This document shows positions 38,722 through 49,525 of a stretch of DNA of 64,000 bases, piece after piece. How positions within the stretch are numbered: position 1 is the stretch's first letter; each line of letters starts with the position of its first letter. Both the position numbers and the translations under genes were made by a program. Below the pieces are notes generated by a model. It made no database searches and was not told where the DNA came from. It saw nothing but the letters and a program-made list of their open reading frames with translations. The DNA comes from Nitrospirota bacterium (lineage in GTDB: Bacteria; Nitrospirota; UBA9217), in contig CAWBNQ010000005.1 of NCBI GenBank assembly GCA_963790205.1, positions 224,001 to 288,000 of the forward strand, read 5' to 3'.

Positions 38722-39009
38722 TCAGCATCCGACAGAAACTTGTCTTTTCACCGGGGTTACTTTTGTTGCTATCTTTTTACCGTCTGCCTCCTTGTATTGC
38801 ACTGTTATCTTATCACCTACTTTTACATCTTTAATCAAGGAACCAATTTCACAATCGAAGCCAGCCGTAACTGATCCGCTCTTCAAGGTCAGGGTGCTTT
38901 TTGCAGTGTCCACAGCAGTAACTTCTCCGGACATTTCCTCTGCAAGGGCCGTCCCCACAAAGGTTAGCAGCACAACGGCGATAAGGACAACAGACGCTGC
39001 ACGTTTCAT
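38722..39009 (-). CDS. small secreted OB-fold-like protein
   Basis: Signal peptide; GEVTAVD..TLTL..VKVGDKITVQY; GGAGG RBS. Confidence 0.7.
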   Translation of the reverse strand: MKRAASVVLIAVVLLTFVGTALAEEMSGEVTAVDTAKSTLTLKSGSVTAGFDCEIGSLIKDVKVGDKITVQYKEADGKKIATKVTPVKRQVSVGC

Positions 39010-39147
39010 ATTTCACCTCCCATTACGATTTGTGTCTCCACATTCAAATAGTTCCAAAGGAGCTTATCAGAAAAACACTATCTGTCTAGAAAACCTCCCC
39101 CGCGATGTCGTCACCGCGGAGGCGCCGTGTAATCTGACAACGTCGAC

Positions 39148-41775
39148 TTAGATCGTTAGTTCCGGTGCAGGCCTGCCGACATGATGTCCCTGACCGTAGT
39201 TGATCCCGATCTGCCTTACCATCGCCAGGATTTCCTCGTCCTCCACGCATTCGGCAATAGTTTGTATACCGAATTCCCTGGCCAGTATCGACATGGTTTT
39301 CACAAATGCCAAATCTTTCTTGTCCCGGATCATGCTCCTTATGAACTCCCCCTCGATCTTCAAGAAATCGATGGAGAAGCGCTTTATGTAGTGGAAGGAG
39401 GAAAAGCCCGAGCCGAAATCGTCGATGGCGAACTTAAAGCCCTCGGACTTGAGATCGTGAACGAACTTTTCGAGCAGGGAGATGTTCTTGACCGTGTCCC
39501 TCTCCGTTATCTCGAATACGATGGTGTGGTGGTCTATTCCGTATTGGCTTGTTAGTTTCAGCACCCCGGGGATGAATTCCTTGATGATGAGGGATTTCGG
39601 CGAGAGATTGATGAAAAGGTACCCCTCGTACCGTTCGTCCTTTATCTTTCGGAAGACTTTTTCCATGACTACATAATCGAGCTTGCTCACGACCCCGAGC
39701 TGCTCGGCAACCTCGATGAACTCCTCGGCATCCAGGATGCCCTTGTCCGTCCTGATCCTGCTTAAAACCTCGTGGCCTTCGATCCTCCCGGTCTCCACAT
39801 TGATAATGGGCTGAAAGTAGGGAATCACGGTCTTTTCTTCAATGGCGTTCATAACGATAACAGTTTTCTCTCCGGTCGCCCTGAATACTTCCATGACGTC
39901 CTCTTCCGTGGGAATGAGAATGGTATTTTTGCCATCGCTCTTGGCTTTGTACATCATGTTGTCGGCAAACAGGAAGAGATCCTTGGGGCTCACGGCATGG
40001 CTGGGGTAAACAGCGAACCCGATGGAAACGGTGGCCTTGACCTTCGTGCCGTCGGGCGCAGCGAGGGCGAACCCCCCGGTGCTCTCCAGGATCTTGGTCG
40101 CAACGAGAAATGCCTGCTCTTCATCGGCGTCGGGGAGGATAACGACGAATTCGTCCCCACCGTACCGCGCGAGGATGTCCCCGTCCCGCAGCGCGTTGTG
40201 TATCGTGTCGGCGATGCCGGTCAGGAAGCGGTCGCCGACAAAGTGCCCGTGAGAATCATTGATATTTTTGAAGTTATCGAGGTCGACGACGAGCAGGGAG
40301 AATTTTTCGCCGTGCCGCTGGGCCCTCCCGATTTCGTAACCGAGCAGTTCCCAGAAAAGCCTCTGGTTGTAGAGATTGGTCAGCGGGTCTCTCGTTGCAA
40401 AGTATTCCAGGTCCCTGGTGTATTTGTCAATGGCCTTGATGGAGCCGACCACGTTCAGGAGCGTGGTCAGAATGCCGTCGATAACGAGGGAACGTATGGC
40501 GTCTTTTGTCATTTCCGATTGGACGCCTATTCCCACGACCCCACCTATCTGGGGGTTCCGAAGAATGATGGATTTGGTCTGGAGTTCTATGTCATCTTCG
40601 CTGAGGCCGACCAGGACACGGGAATCGGCGGCTAAATTGTGGTTGATTTTCAGGGTGGTGCTCCCGAAACGTTCATTCTCGTTGTTGACTTTCTGTTTGA
40701 TGATCCTCTCGACGCTCGCCTTGATCTTTTCGGATGGCGCGTGCGTCCAGAAGACATCGAGGTCGTATATTTCCTCGTCGACGTGGAAAATGGAGAAGAG
40801 CATGTAGGCCTTGATGACCTTGTTGATTTCTAGGAGCAGGTGCATGACGTGCTCTTTCCAGTCTTTCACCACCTCGGAGGTGATGATGAATTTTTCCAGC
40901 AGCCGGAGCTCGAATTCGAGGACTTCCCTGTCCACCGCAACGTTCTTGATCCGCTTTGCAAAGACACGGAATTCGAGCAGGATGGTGTTGAATTCGGCAA
41001 ACCCTGTCTCAACAACGTCAAGGTTGTTCAGTTTTGTCAGATCCTTGATGCTGTTTATTTCGCTGACCTTATCATGAAAGAAGGCGGTGGACCGCTTTAT
41101 TCTTGCATTCAGGACTGTGGATACGGCCCCCGCCAGGATAAAGGGGATGGGCAACAGTATGAAAAAGAAGACGTTAAATATTCTTTTCGCTTCGTTGATT
41201 GCGGGGCTGATATCCTGCTCGATTTTCATAACGCCGAGGACTTCTCCGGTTTTCGCATGCGCATGACACTTCAGGCACGTGCCATCCGCCTTGATCGGGT
41301 AAATATTGATAACAATGGGGTCGGCCTTATAGGTGATGGCATCGCCGGTCCGGAACGAATCCACGATATTCCTGCCCAGTTTGGGCTGCTCTATCGCGCC
41401 GTAATCCTTTTCAACCGCTTCTCCCCTGAACATTTCTACCTGGTAAGGGAATTGGGCGCGCGCGCCTTTCATAGTGTGGAGAAACTCGTTTAGTTCGCTC
41501 CTTGTCCAACCCTTCTCCATAAGTTGGATCATGGAGCTTAACATCTGCTGCGCTACGGCATCGGAGACCTCATCGGCATTTTTAATGAAAGAATGCCGGT
41601 AAATTGATGATACCATCAGGTATGTCGCGTTAAAGCTTATGTACGACGCTATCAAAACCGCGATGTAAACAAATGACTTTAACCGGAGCTGTGATCTGAC
41701 CAGCTTCCCGACAACAGGTATGTTTTCAATAACGGTAAGAATTCTTTCGCCTAGTTTTTGGGACTGGTCAAGCAT
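39148..41775 (-). CDS. membrane GGDEF-EAL protein with heme-c-type sensor domain
   Basis: Two TMs around CLKCH; RDGD..GGDEF; EVLSR, DDFGSG. Confidence 0.92.
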   Translation of the reverse strand: MLDQSQKLGERILTVIENIPVVGKLVRSQLRLKSFVYIAVLIASYISFNATYLMVSSIYRHSFIKNADEVSDAVAQQMLSSMIQLMEKGWTRSELNEFLHTMKGARAQFPYQVEMFRGEAVEKDYGAIEQPKLGRNIVDSFRTGDAITYKADPIVINIYPIKADGTCLKCHAHAKTGEVLGVMKIEQDISPAINEAKRIFNVFFFILLPIPFILAGAVSTVLNARIKRSTAFFHDKVSEINSIKDLTKLNNLDVVETGFAEFNTILLEFRVFAKRIKNVAVDREVLEFELRLLEKFIITSEVVKDWKEHVMHLLLEINKVIKAYMLFSIFHVDEEIYDLDVFWTHAPSEKIKASVERIIKQKVNNENERFGSTTLKINHNLAADSRVLVGLSEDDIELQTKSIILRNPQIGGVVGIGVQSEMTKDAIRSLVIDGILTTLLNVVGSIKAIDKYTRDLEYFATRDPLTNLYNQRLFWELLGYEIGRAQRHGEKFSLLVVDLDNFKNINDSHGHFVGDRFLTGIADTIHNALRDGDILARYGGDEFVVILPDADEEQAFLVATKILESTGGFALAAPDGTKVKATVSIGFAVYPSHAVSPKDLFLFADNMMYKAKSDGKNTILIPTEEDVMEVFRATGEKTVIVMNAIEEKTVIPYFQPIINVETGRIEGHEVLSRIRTDKGILDAEEFIEVAEQLGVVSKLDYVVMEKVFRKIKDERYEGYLFINLSPKSLIIKEFIPGVLKLTSQYGIDHHTIVFEITERDTVKNISLLEKFVHDLKSEGFKFAIDDFGSGFSSFHYIKRFSIDFLKIEGEFIRSMIRDKKDLAFVKTMSILAREFGIQTIAECVEDEEILAMVRQIGINYGQGHHVGRPAPELTI

Positions 41776-42034
41776 CGTATCTCTCTCTCCGATTCATATC
41801 GTCGTCCCCGGCATTTTCGTCGCGATAACACTGTTTCTTCCCCTGTTTTTAGAGGCAGATGACCTTGGTCTCTCATGAAAGCCGGTCCCGCAGTACCGCT
41901 TAGCACAGATGCGTAGGCTCTGCGGCGCCACGCAGATAGCGCGGTCCTCAGTTCGAGAAGAGCGCAGGGGGGTACCGTACCCACCCTCCTGCCAGATCAG
42001 CCTCTCAATTACCCGTCAGGTATGAGGAGTGCTG

Positions 42035-42232
42035 CTAAAACTTGTGTGCGTACGCCTTGTAGAAGTCACATGATCTGCAGAATTCAATTTTTTCGCTGAG
42101 CGAGGCCTTCTCCAATTGGCCCATATTGCATTTTGTCCCCGTTATTTTCCAGCAGTCCAGGCCTTTGTTCGGATACGCTGGGCACGTTTGGAACGTTTTT
42201 TCAGGACAGTGCTTGAATTCCCAGCAATTCAT
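42035..42232 (-). CDS. two-CW domain protein
   Basis: NCWEFKHC, CPAY, CWKITGTKC, CRSCDFY; AAGGAGG RBS. Confidence 0.8.
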   Translation of the reverse strand: MNCWEFKHCPEKTFQTCPAYPNKGLDCWKITGTKCNMGQLEKASLSEKIEFCRSCDFYKAYAHKF

Positions 42233-42345
42233 GATGATCCTCCTTCTTTCTGAATAAAAGGTGACAGCAGTTTCAGAGTAAAGATGACCTGCCGTATTCG
42301 TCCTCCCGGAAAGAGTGGATCACTGTCCGGCCCGGGAATACTGGC

Positions 42346-42777
42346 TCATGGCAGCGAATGAAGGTTTCCTTCCCGGTCTTTCCTGATGGAATCGATCAGC
42401 GTTGCAACGACCCGCTGCGGATCCAGCAGCGGCTTGCACTGCTGCGACCCCTCGATCTGCTGCCGCAAGCACTCTTCTTCAACCTGGTTAAGGCTAAGGA
42501 ATTGAATGCCGGCCCGGTACCGGAACCCGCTCTTTTGACACCATACGAGAACGCCGCACTTTTGTCCGCAGACGCAGTCTTTGAACCAGATAATGCCGGG
42601 CTCGATCGGCCGTTCGGACTCGATCCCGAGGCCCGTTGCGCTGAGATCTACTATCCTGGCGCGGTGGTCTGTCCGCTCGAGGTTCTCAAATGCGATGACT
42701 CCGAGGGAACAGTCTCGCTGCACGGTGAGGGGGTGGCGTCTTAGCCTTTTTCTTTGATCGTCTCTTGTATCATCCAT
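42346..42777 (-). CDS. PilZ domain protein
   Basis: RxxxR (RKRLR) and DLSATG motifs. Confidence 0.75.
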   Translation of the reverse strand: MDDTRDDQRKRLRRHPLTVQRDCSLGVIAFENLERTDHRARIVDLSATGLGIESERPIEPGIIWFKDCVCGQKCGVLVWCQKSGFRYRAGIQFLSLNQVEEECLRQQIEGSQQCKPLLDPQRVVATLIDSIRKDREGNLHSLP

Positions 42778-43036
42778 GATGAAAGTCCTGTCGAGCGAAA
42801 AGTTGTCTTGTCTTCTATAAAAATGCCTGCGCAGACTCTATTGGTGTTTTTCCCGGCGGCGGAAGTAATGCCGCACCTTATCTCAAAGATTACGCCTTGT
42901 CTGACGATGTCACGGATGACAAGTCTTTACGTCTTCCACCACAAGGATGACTTTCTTCCCGGATTTTTCCCGGGACTTGCGCAAAAAGGGCTTTCTCACA
43001 ATAAATACTCCATTGTTGAGCACTGAAAAATTAATT

Positions 43037-43414
43037 CTATCTTTTCAGCTCATCGCGGACCGCCTGCTCTAAAACGTCCGGGGTGAAAGGCTTTTTAAGA
43101 TAGCGCAATTTGCTTGCGTGAATCCCGTGACGGACAACGACATCGTCCGGATGTCCTGACATGAAAATTATTTTGATTGTCGGATAATAGTATAAAATAA
43201 CACGGGCAACCTCTGCCCCGTTCAATCTCGGCATGACCACGTCAACCAGAAGAACGTCGATCGGCGCACCAGAGGCGTCAATCCGCTTCAATGCTTCTAC
43301 TCCGTCTCTCGCTACGAGAACCTGAAATTCCGAAGTTCTGAAAATATCGGCGACAAGTTGACAAATAGTTGGGTCATCATCTACAACGAGTATGCTTTTT
43401 GTTTTTTCGATCAT
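43037..43414 (-). CDS. single-domain response regulator
   Basis: ILVVDDD, DVVMP, MSG, KPF. Confidence 0.9.
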   Translation of the reverse strand: MIEKTKSILVVDDDPTICQLVADIFRTSEFQVLVARDGVEALKRIDASGAPIDVLLVDVVMPRLNGAEVARVILYYYPTIKIIFMSGHPDDVVVRHGIHASKLRYLKKPFTPDVLEQAVRDELKR

Positions 43415-43465
43415 AAGAGCGCCCTCCTGCGATGCCCCGAAAAGGGCCATAATTACCGTTATTGA

Positions 43466-43840
43466 TCAGTGGCCATCTTCATTTCCGGATGTTTGTGGAC
43501 ATTGAAGCCGCGCCCTGATATGGGACGCAAGTTTTTCCTGGAATTCGCTCGATGTCGAGGTTATATGATGCGAAAAAGGGTAACGCTGCCGCCAATAAGG
43601 GACGTCTTTTATGTTAAGGTCAGGCGGAGGACACCCTTTTTCGAAAAACCCGAAAACAACTCCATGCCCTGACTTTTTCGACTGTCCGCCTAAAGGGACA
43701 TAGATCTCCATAATATCTTCCGGCCGGTCATCCTCGCCTTTGCCAATATAAAAATAAGCGCCTGGCGGCAAATGCGTTCGGTACCGGAGAAGGAGTTCCC
43801 TGGCAGAAAGTTTCGAGAGATCACAGGCATCAGAGTCCAT
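43466..43840 (-). CDS. hypothetical protein
   Basis: ORF with purine-rich RBS, co-oriented. Confidence 0.5.
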   Translation of the reverse strand: MDSDACDLSKLSARELLLRYRTHLPPGAYFYIGKGEDDRPEDIMEIYVPLGGQSKKSGHGVVFGFFEKGCPPPDLNIKDVPYWRQRYPFSHHITSTSSEFQEKLASHIRARLQCPQTSGNEDGH

Positions 43841-43853
43841 GATACATTCCCTT

Positions 43854-44165
43854 TCAGGCGGGAGAGGTCGCGTCCTTTTTCTTTATATAATTGTCCGGAT
43901 TTTCATCTCCCTCGAGGAACCGGCGGGAATCGTATTCCCAAGGGAAGCATTCTCCCTTTACGGTGTCGCAAGCTATGCAGGCAGGGACCCAATTCTCCCT
44001 GCAACGCTCTCCGTTGTTTAACTTCGGAATAAAGTAATTGACGTCCCATGCTCCCCGCTCGGCAAGCAAACCGTAATTTTGAAATATTAGATGCGTGCCG
44101 CAATAGACGCAACGGCCGTCCGTGCGGGCGTATACCCACTTGATTTCATCGTCCGTATATGCCAT
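43854..44165 (-). CDS. HNH-endonuclease-like protein, catalytic His apparently replaced
   Basis: GRCVYCG, WDVNYFIP (usually W..DH..P), NWVPACIACDTVKG. Confidence 0.7.
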   Translation of the reverse strand: MAYTDDEIKWVYARTDGRCVYCGTHLIFQNYGLLAERGAWDVNYFIPKLNNGERCRENWVPACIACDTVKGECFPWEYDSRRFLEGDENPDNYIKKKDATSPA

Positions 44166-44560
44166 GGGTCCCCTCGTTTCTGGCCATGAACTCCCGATTA
44201 TAAAGTTATTGTCAGCATTCTTTAAACTGAAATCCTTAACATCATCCAGAATATTAGTGGATGCGAGCCGATTCCACTCTCTTCGAAACTTCCCGGAAAA
44301 CATCCGTTCTGTCGTCTATAGATTTAGTTCTAATCTCTCTAGAGACCCCGCTGCACTGAAATAGGAACCTTGTGCTGAATACCATGGGCTATGGCAAGAG
44401 GTTTTCCGTTATTTACAAGGCGCAGCTTAATCTTCCTTTTGAAATGGAATCTGACACAAGAGATCAGGGGAAAAAACCTTCTCGATTCAAAAAGTCGACG
44501 TGTAATTGCCGGCCTGATTCGGCCAAGTATTCAATTACTAGAAAGCTGGTTAAATGGGGT

Positions 44561-44836
44561 TTAAATAGGAGGTGCGCGATTGTCGATAGAGGCGGACACA
44601 GCTTTTGGGATAACGACCGAATCTTCTAAAGAGGATGATAGCTTGACTGTGGTTGCGTGAACTTCGGGGGGGGTGTTAGGGGGAGCGGCAAAAGGGAGAT
44701 GAGATGCCGCACAGATGGGACAGCTATCATGAGAATCGCCGTCTACGTGATCGTGTAGAGCGACGGCGACAACAGAGAGAAGGAGTATCGCGATAAAAAC
44801 CAGGGCTAAGCGTTTGAGCATGGTTGGCTTTAGCAT
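44561..44836 (-). CDS. small membrane-anchored His/Cys protein
   Basis: TM then HDH..HDSCPIC and C-terminal RAPP. Confidence 0.7.
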   Translation of the reverse strand: MLKPTMLKRLALVFIAILLLSVVAVALHDHVDGDSHDSCPICAASHLPFAAPPNTPPEVHATTVKLSSSLEDSVVIPKAVSASIDNRAPPI

Positions 44837-45369
44837 TTCACCCCGTATGGTCAAAAAACTCACGTCGAAGAATAGCGACATATTATTGCAAAAAACTATT
44901 GGTCAGTCAAGGATTTTTTGTGTTTGCTGGCACAAATTCGAGATGTACTGTGCAATGTTTATGAAATGCGCAACTATCGCGGATTACAGGACGGACTTTT
45001 AACAGCAGACTTCAAATGCTATTTATCGCCTCCTCGCTGATCCCAGCGATCCGAACAGCAGCCTACTATTCTGTAATGCCAATATTGTGACAAGGGAAAA
45101 TAATTCCGGTTGTAATATACACTTGAGCGAGCGGAACGAAATAGATTGAGTTTTGCCAGCGAAGCCAAGCCACTTCGCGCAAAAAGCTGTGCGCTCTGCG
45201 CGGGGGTTGTGCTCACAGTTCGCGTTTTGAGTGGATCAGGTTTCTTACCGCAAGGAAGCAGAGCGCTACGAGAAATCCTGTTTATCATGACAAGAATGCA
45301 AAAACGTAGTACGGTGCTTTTCTATCGCTTCTCATTTTTTCCATGAATCATACGTCTACATTTTTACGA

Positions 45370-45700
45370 TCAGCACGCCGTCTCACTGTGGTCGATAACC
45401 CGTTCGGCCACGCTACCCATGAGCAGCCTTTCAAGCCCTGCCCTGCCGTGACTGCCGACAATTATTAAATCCACATGCTTTTGTCGTGAAGCCTCTACAA
45501 TGGCCTCATAGGGTTTGCCGATCATTGTCATGGCTTCACTGGATACGCCTTCCTTTTTCGCCACGTCAATGACCTTTTGCACATTGTATTGCGCCGCATC
45601 AAGCTCAGTTTCCGACGAGGATACGGACACGGTCACAAGCAAGATTCCGCATTTTTTTGCGACGCCTATGGCTCCAATTGCCGCTGCTTCACTGAACTTT
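45370..45700 (-). pseudogene. universal stress protein fragment
   Basis: GKPYEAIVE, DLIIVGSHGR.GLERLLMGSVAERVI; N-terminus not USP-like. Confidence 0.7.
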
Positions 45701-45894
45701 GATGCATGAACCCGATTGATCATGATGTTAATTTTTGAAACACGCGTGTGGCGCAAAGTATTCTCCGCTCTGGCAAATAAATATGACAATCATACTGCTC
45801 CAAGAAAGTTCGCAGACACCGGCGCACCCGGCACATCATTTATAAAACCGAGACGGGACAATATCAAAATTAAGTCATGACCTTCGCGGACAGG

Positions 45895-46350
45895 TTATTC
45901 CGGATAATTGCGCGCGAACTCAATCAATTTTTGATAGTGTTCGTCATTTTGCGTCACCGCAAGGCCCTGCACCAACTGCGCGAAACTCTCGTTCGACTGA
46001 TCCATGACGATGGCCGCATAGTGTTCACCCGCGTCCGTTTCTCTGTCAAGCGCGAACCGGATGGCGTTCTTTATCGTGGGGTTCGTTTTCCGGAATTCGG
46101 AGATCGCGAAAAGCGTTTTATTCACCGCAGGCAGGTCTATCTCCACGCCGACGAACTCCCCCGGTGTCTTCCGCACGACCCTCTCCTGGTATTTGACAAG
46201 ATCCTGGTGGGCTTGTTCATCATGGGCGAGCTTCCGGAAAAATTCGCTTGCCCGCTCATCGTCCTTGAAGCTCATTGCAAGCCACCCATATACGCTTCCG
46301 AGGTCCCTTTCAAGATCACCCAGTTTTTTCAGCACCTTCAGGATGTCCAC
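45895..46350 (-). CDS. ferritin-like (rubrerythrin-family) protein
   Basis: E...Y...DEQAH, E...Y...DEH diiron pattern; GGAGG before GTG. Confidence 0.75.
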   Translation of the reverse strand: MDILKVLKKLGDLERDLGSVYGWLAMSFKDDERASEFFRKLAHDEQAHQDLVKYQERVVRKTPGEFVGVEIDLPAVNKTLFAISEFRKTNPTIKNAIRFALDRETDAGEHYAAIVMDQSNESFAQLVQGLAVTQNDEHYQKLIEFARNYPE

Positions 46351-46378
46351 CTTCCGCCTCCTTTGCTCATATCGGCAA

Positions 46379-47731
46379 TCAGGACATTTCGACCCGATTC
46401 CGTCCCTCTGTCTTCGCCCGATAGAGGGCATTGTCTACTTTTTGCGTGAAACGGTCGTCGGTATCACCAACGCAGAGCTGGACCACGCCAAAACTGCACG
46501 TCACTTGCCGGACGCCGGTAAACTCGCGGTTTTCGACCTGGCGGCGCAGTTTCTCAGCGTATCGTCGCGCGTTGTCAGCGGCGGTGTTCGTCACCATGAT
46601 CATGAACTCCTCGCCGCCCCACCGCGCGAAGAGGTCGTGGACCCTGACGCTTTGAGCAACCAGTCCGGTCAGTTCCCGAAGGACGGTGTCGCCCGTATGA
46701 TGTCCGAACGTGTCGTTGATCTGCTTGAAGTTGTCGATGTCGAACATGATGAGCGACAGTGGCGTGCCGAACCGACTCGCCCGCCGCATCTCGGCGCTCA
46801 GCGCATCGTTAAACTTCAACCGGTTGGAAATGCCCGTGAGCGGGTCGGTAGTGGCCTGGCGTGCCAGGATCTCATTGAGCAGCTTCAGCTCCCCATCCAC
46901 CTTTTTGCGCTCGGTGATGTCCTGAAATGCCGCCACGGAGCCGACAACCTGTCTGTCGTCCCGCAAAGGGGTAGCGACGATGGAAACAGAAAACAAGGTG
47001 CCATCCTTGCGCATGAAAACGTCTTCCTCATCACGAAAGGTGCCGCCGGAGCTGATCGTCCGGAGCACGGGGCATTCAGATGCAGGCAATGGCGTCCTGT
47101 CCGCCTTTTGAAAATGAATCACCTCATGTACCTGCCTGCCCAGGAGCTCCGCTTCAGTCCAGCCGAGGAGCTTTTCCGCTTCGGGGTTCATGAACGTCAA
47201 GCATCCCTGCCCGTCGAGCACATAGATCCCCTCGCCGATCACTTCGGTTATATTGCGGAGTTTGGCTTCGCTGGATCGGAGGGCCTCCTCTGTTTTCTTG
47301 AGTTCGGTGATATCTTCGATCACGAGAAGCACGTAGTTGTCGCTTTCATATGCAATAGGGGACGCGGTGATCTGAAGGTGGACTTCAACGGTGCCGTCCG
47401 GTGTGATGAGGTCCATTTTCGCGTCCTCACGGCAAACCCGGCTCCCCTTTGCCGCTTCGTTCACGCTATTCCTGATAACGCAATCACGGCAGGCAGAAGC
47501 ATGCCCGCAGCCGCCCGGGGTCTCTTCCGCATGGATGCAGTGCAGCGCTTCGCCGCCACGGCGCATGTACACAGCTGTACGGTCTGCGCCGATCAGGCGG
47601 GAGGCCGCCGAGTTCAAATGGAAAACCCTGACGTCGGAATCAACCACCAAGAGCGTCGAGGGAACTGCGTCCAAGAGTATGTGCAGAAAATCAAGATTTT
47701 GGAACAATGAGTTGTTCATGAGAACCGTCAC
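46379..47731 (-). CDS. PAS-PAS diguanylate cyclase
   Basis: Cys-rich PAS, second PAS, RVHD I-site and GGEEF. Confidence 0.93.
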   Translation of the reverse strand: MTVLMNNSLFQNLDFLHILLDAVPSTLLVVDSDVRVFHLNSAASRLIGADRTAVYMRRGGEALHCIHAEETPGGCGHASACRDCVIRNSVNEAAKGSRVCREDAKMDLITPDGTVEVHLQITASPIAYESDNYVLLVIEDITELKKTEEALRSSEAKLRNITEVIGEGIYVLDGQGCLTFMNPEAEKLLGWTEAELLGRQVHEVIHFQKADRTPLPASECPVLRTISSGGTFRDEEDVFMRKDGTLFSVSIVATPLRDDRQVVGSVAAFQDITERKKVDGELKLLNEILARQATTDPLTGISNRLKFNDALSAEMRRASRFGTPLSLIMFDIDNFKQINDTFGHHTGDTVLRELTGLVAQSVRVHDLFARWGGEEFMIMVTNTAADNARRYAEKLRRQVENREFTGVRQVTCSFGVVQLCVGDTDDRFTQKVDNALYRAKTEGRNRVEMS

Positions 47732-48082
47732 TCAGGAAACCTTCTGTTCTACCGCCGTAAGCAAAGCAACAACCTTCTGACTGATTTGATCAAGCTTTTC
47801 AAGCTCCTTCTTTGCTGCAATCGTGTCGCCGGCGCGCTTCAACTCTATGATTCGCTTGACGGCTGCGTGAAGATAAATATGCTCCTTCTCAAGGGTCTTC
47901 ATATCTTCGATCGTTCCATATTTAGTCATGCCGTCTGCGTACAGCCACTTGCCCAGGTCGCAGTCCTTGTGAGAGACAGCCTGTGCGTCTGTCAAGCTCT
48001 CCCGGCCGTCGAGGAATCCTCGCAACCTGCTCTTCCATGCAATATGCTTAGTCCGTGCAATAGAAAAATCTATCTTGGTCAT
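47732..48082 (-). CDS. stand-alone CZB (chemoreceptor zinc-binding) protein
   Basis: KHIAWK, HKDCDLGKWLY, EHIYLH. Confidence 0.9.
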   Translation of the reverse strand: MTKIDFSIARTKHIAWKSRLRGFLDGRESLTDAQAVSHKDCDLGKWLYADGMTKYGTIEDMKTLEKEHIYLHAAVKRIIELKRAGDTIAAKKELEKLDQISQKVVALLTAVEQKVS

Positions 48083-48343
48083 GTTACTTTCCTCCCTGTA
48101 AATATAAAATGTAAGATTCCGGAACGCTCCTTATAGACAACAATAGGTGCTATGAATTTTAACAAAAATATATTTGTAGTTACCCGGCAGGTCAACTGCT
48201 GAGCACAGGCACAGCAAGCGCAACAACGCCACTGAATAATAACACATCAGCTATTATCAGTATCCCTTTTCGTTGTCGCACGAAAACCTACAAAACCCTT
48301 CACGAGCTACCCGTGTCTGTGCGACGCATGCCAGGTCTAACCG

Positions 48344-49525
48344 CTAGGCAAGCTTGATCAATATCTCCACCAGAGCGGGGTCAAACTGAACGCCGGAAAA
48401 CGCCAAAAGTTCTTTCATCGCCGCTTCTCTGCTGAGCGCCTTCCGGTACGGCCTGTCGGACCGCATAACGTCCCAGGCGTCGGCTACGGCGATGATCCTC
48501 GCATTCAGCGGTATGCCTTCACCCCTCAGCCCGTCGGGATAGCCTGTCCCGTCGAAGAATTCGTGATGATAAAGGATCGCGGGCAGGGCCGGCCCAAGAT
48601 ATTTGAGCGGCTTCAGGATTTCGACGCCCTTGGCCGGATGGTTTTTGAGATTGATCCACTCGTCCTTGTCCAGCGCCGCGGGTTTGAGCAGGATGCTGTC
48701 GCTGATGCCGATCTTTCCCACGTCGTGGAGCAGCGACGCGATTTCGAGATAGTGCTTGTCCTCGGCAAGGAGACCCAGTTCATCGGCAATCAGAAGCGAG
48801 TAGTAAGAGACCCGTTTACAATGGCCGAAGGTGCTGAAGTCGCGCGTTTCCAGGGCCTGGGCCAGGGACGACAGCACGTCGATGTAGATGGTCTCCAACT
48901 CCCGCGTCCGCTCCTGGACCTTGGTTTCGAGCATCAGGAGCAGTTCCTTTTTCTGCCGGTCCAGCTCCCTCTTTTTGTTGACGAAGTCGAGGCTCTTGAC
49001 GAGGTCGGCGATGAAAAACGGCTTCGTCATGAAGTCCGTGGCGCCCAGCTTCAGCGCCTCTACCGCCAGGTCGGTGTTGCCGTTGGCGGTAATCATCACG
49101 AAATAGAGCCCGGGGTCGACTGCCGCCATCTTTTTCATCAGTTCGAGGCCGCGTTCCTTGCCGATATAGCAATCGAGAAAGGCGACGTCAAACCGCTCCC
49201 CGGCAATATGACGCAGCGCCTCCTCGGCATTCACGGCCGTCTTAACAAAATATCCCGAGTCGCTGAACATGAGCGAAAAAGTCTGCAGTATTCTCTTCTC
49301 GTCGTCCACGACGAGGATCCGTGAGACACCCTCCGCACCGTTTCGGCGTTCGAGAGAGGAGGAGATCCTTGCAGTACCGTCACCGGCGATGGGGGTCGCG
49401 CTTTGTTCTCCCGCACCGGAAAACTCGGTCACCCCTGCGTTCATGGATGAGAAAGCGGCTGTGTTTATAGGGACCGTCTGCCCGCGAGCGTCATCCGGCA
49501 TTTCATAGGGTTTGAGATCCATCAC
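48344..49525 (-). CDS. response regulator with HD-GYP phosphodiesterase
   Basis: REC domain, HDVGKIG, HHE..DGTGYP. Confidence 0.92.
   Translation of the reverse strand: MMDLKPYEMPDDARGQTVPINTAAFSSMNAGVTEFSGAGEQSATPIAGDGTARISSSLERRNGAEGVSRILVVDDEKRILQTFSLMFSDSGYFVKTAVNAEEALRHIAGERFDVAFLDCYIGKERGLELMKKMAAVDPGLYFVMITANGNTDLAVEALKLGATDFMTKPFFIADLVKSLDFVNKKRELDRQKKELLLMLETKVQERTRELETIYIDVLSSLAQALETRDFSTFGHCKRVSYYSLLIADELGLLAEDKHYLEIASLLHDVGKIGISDSILLKPAALDKDEWINLKNHPAKGVEILKPLKYLGPALPAILYHHEFFDGTGYPDGLRGEGIPLNARIIAVADAWDVMRSDRPYRKALSREAAMKELLAFSGVQFDPALVEILIKLA

Noticed and set aside
41780..42030. c-di-GMP riboswitch upstream of the GGDEF-EAL gene
   Set aside because: No recognisable GEMM motif seen by eye; an Rfam scan would be decisive
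46061..47710. 549-aa plus-strand ORF
   Set aside because: Antisense to a clear PAS-GGDEF gene; no motifs
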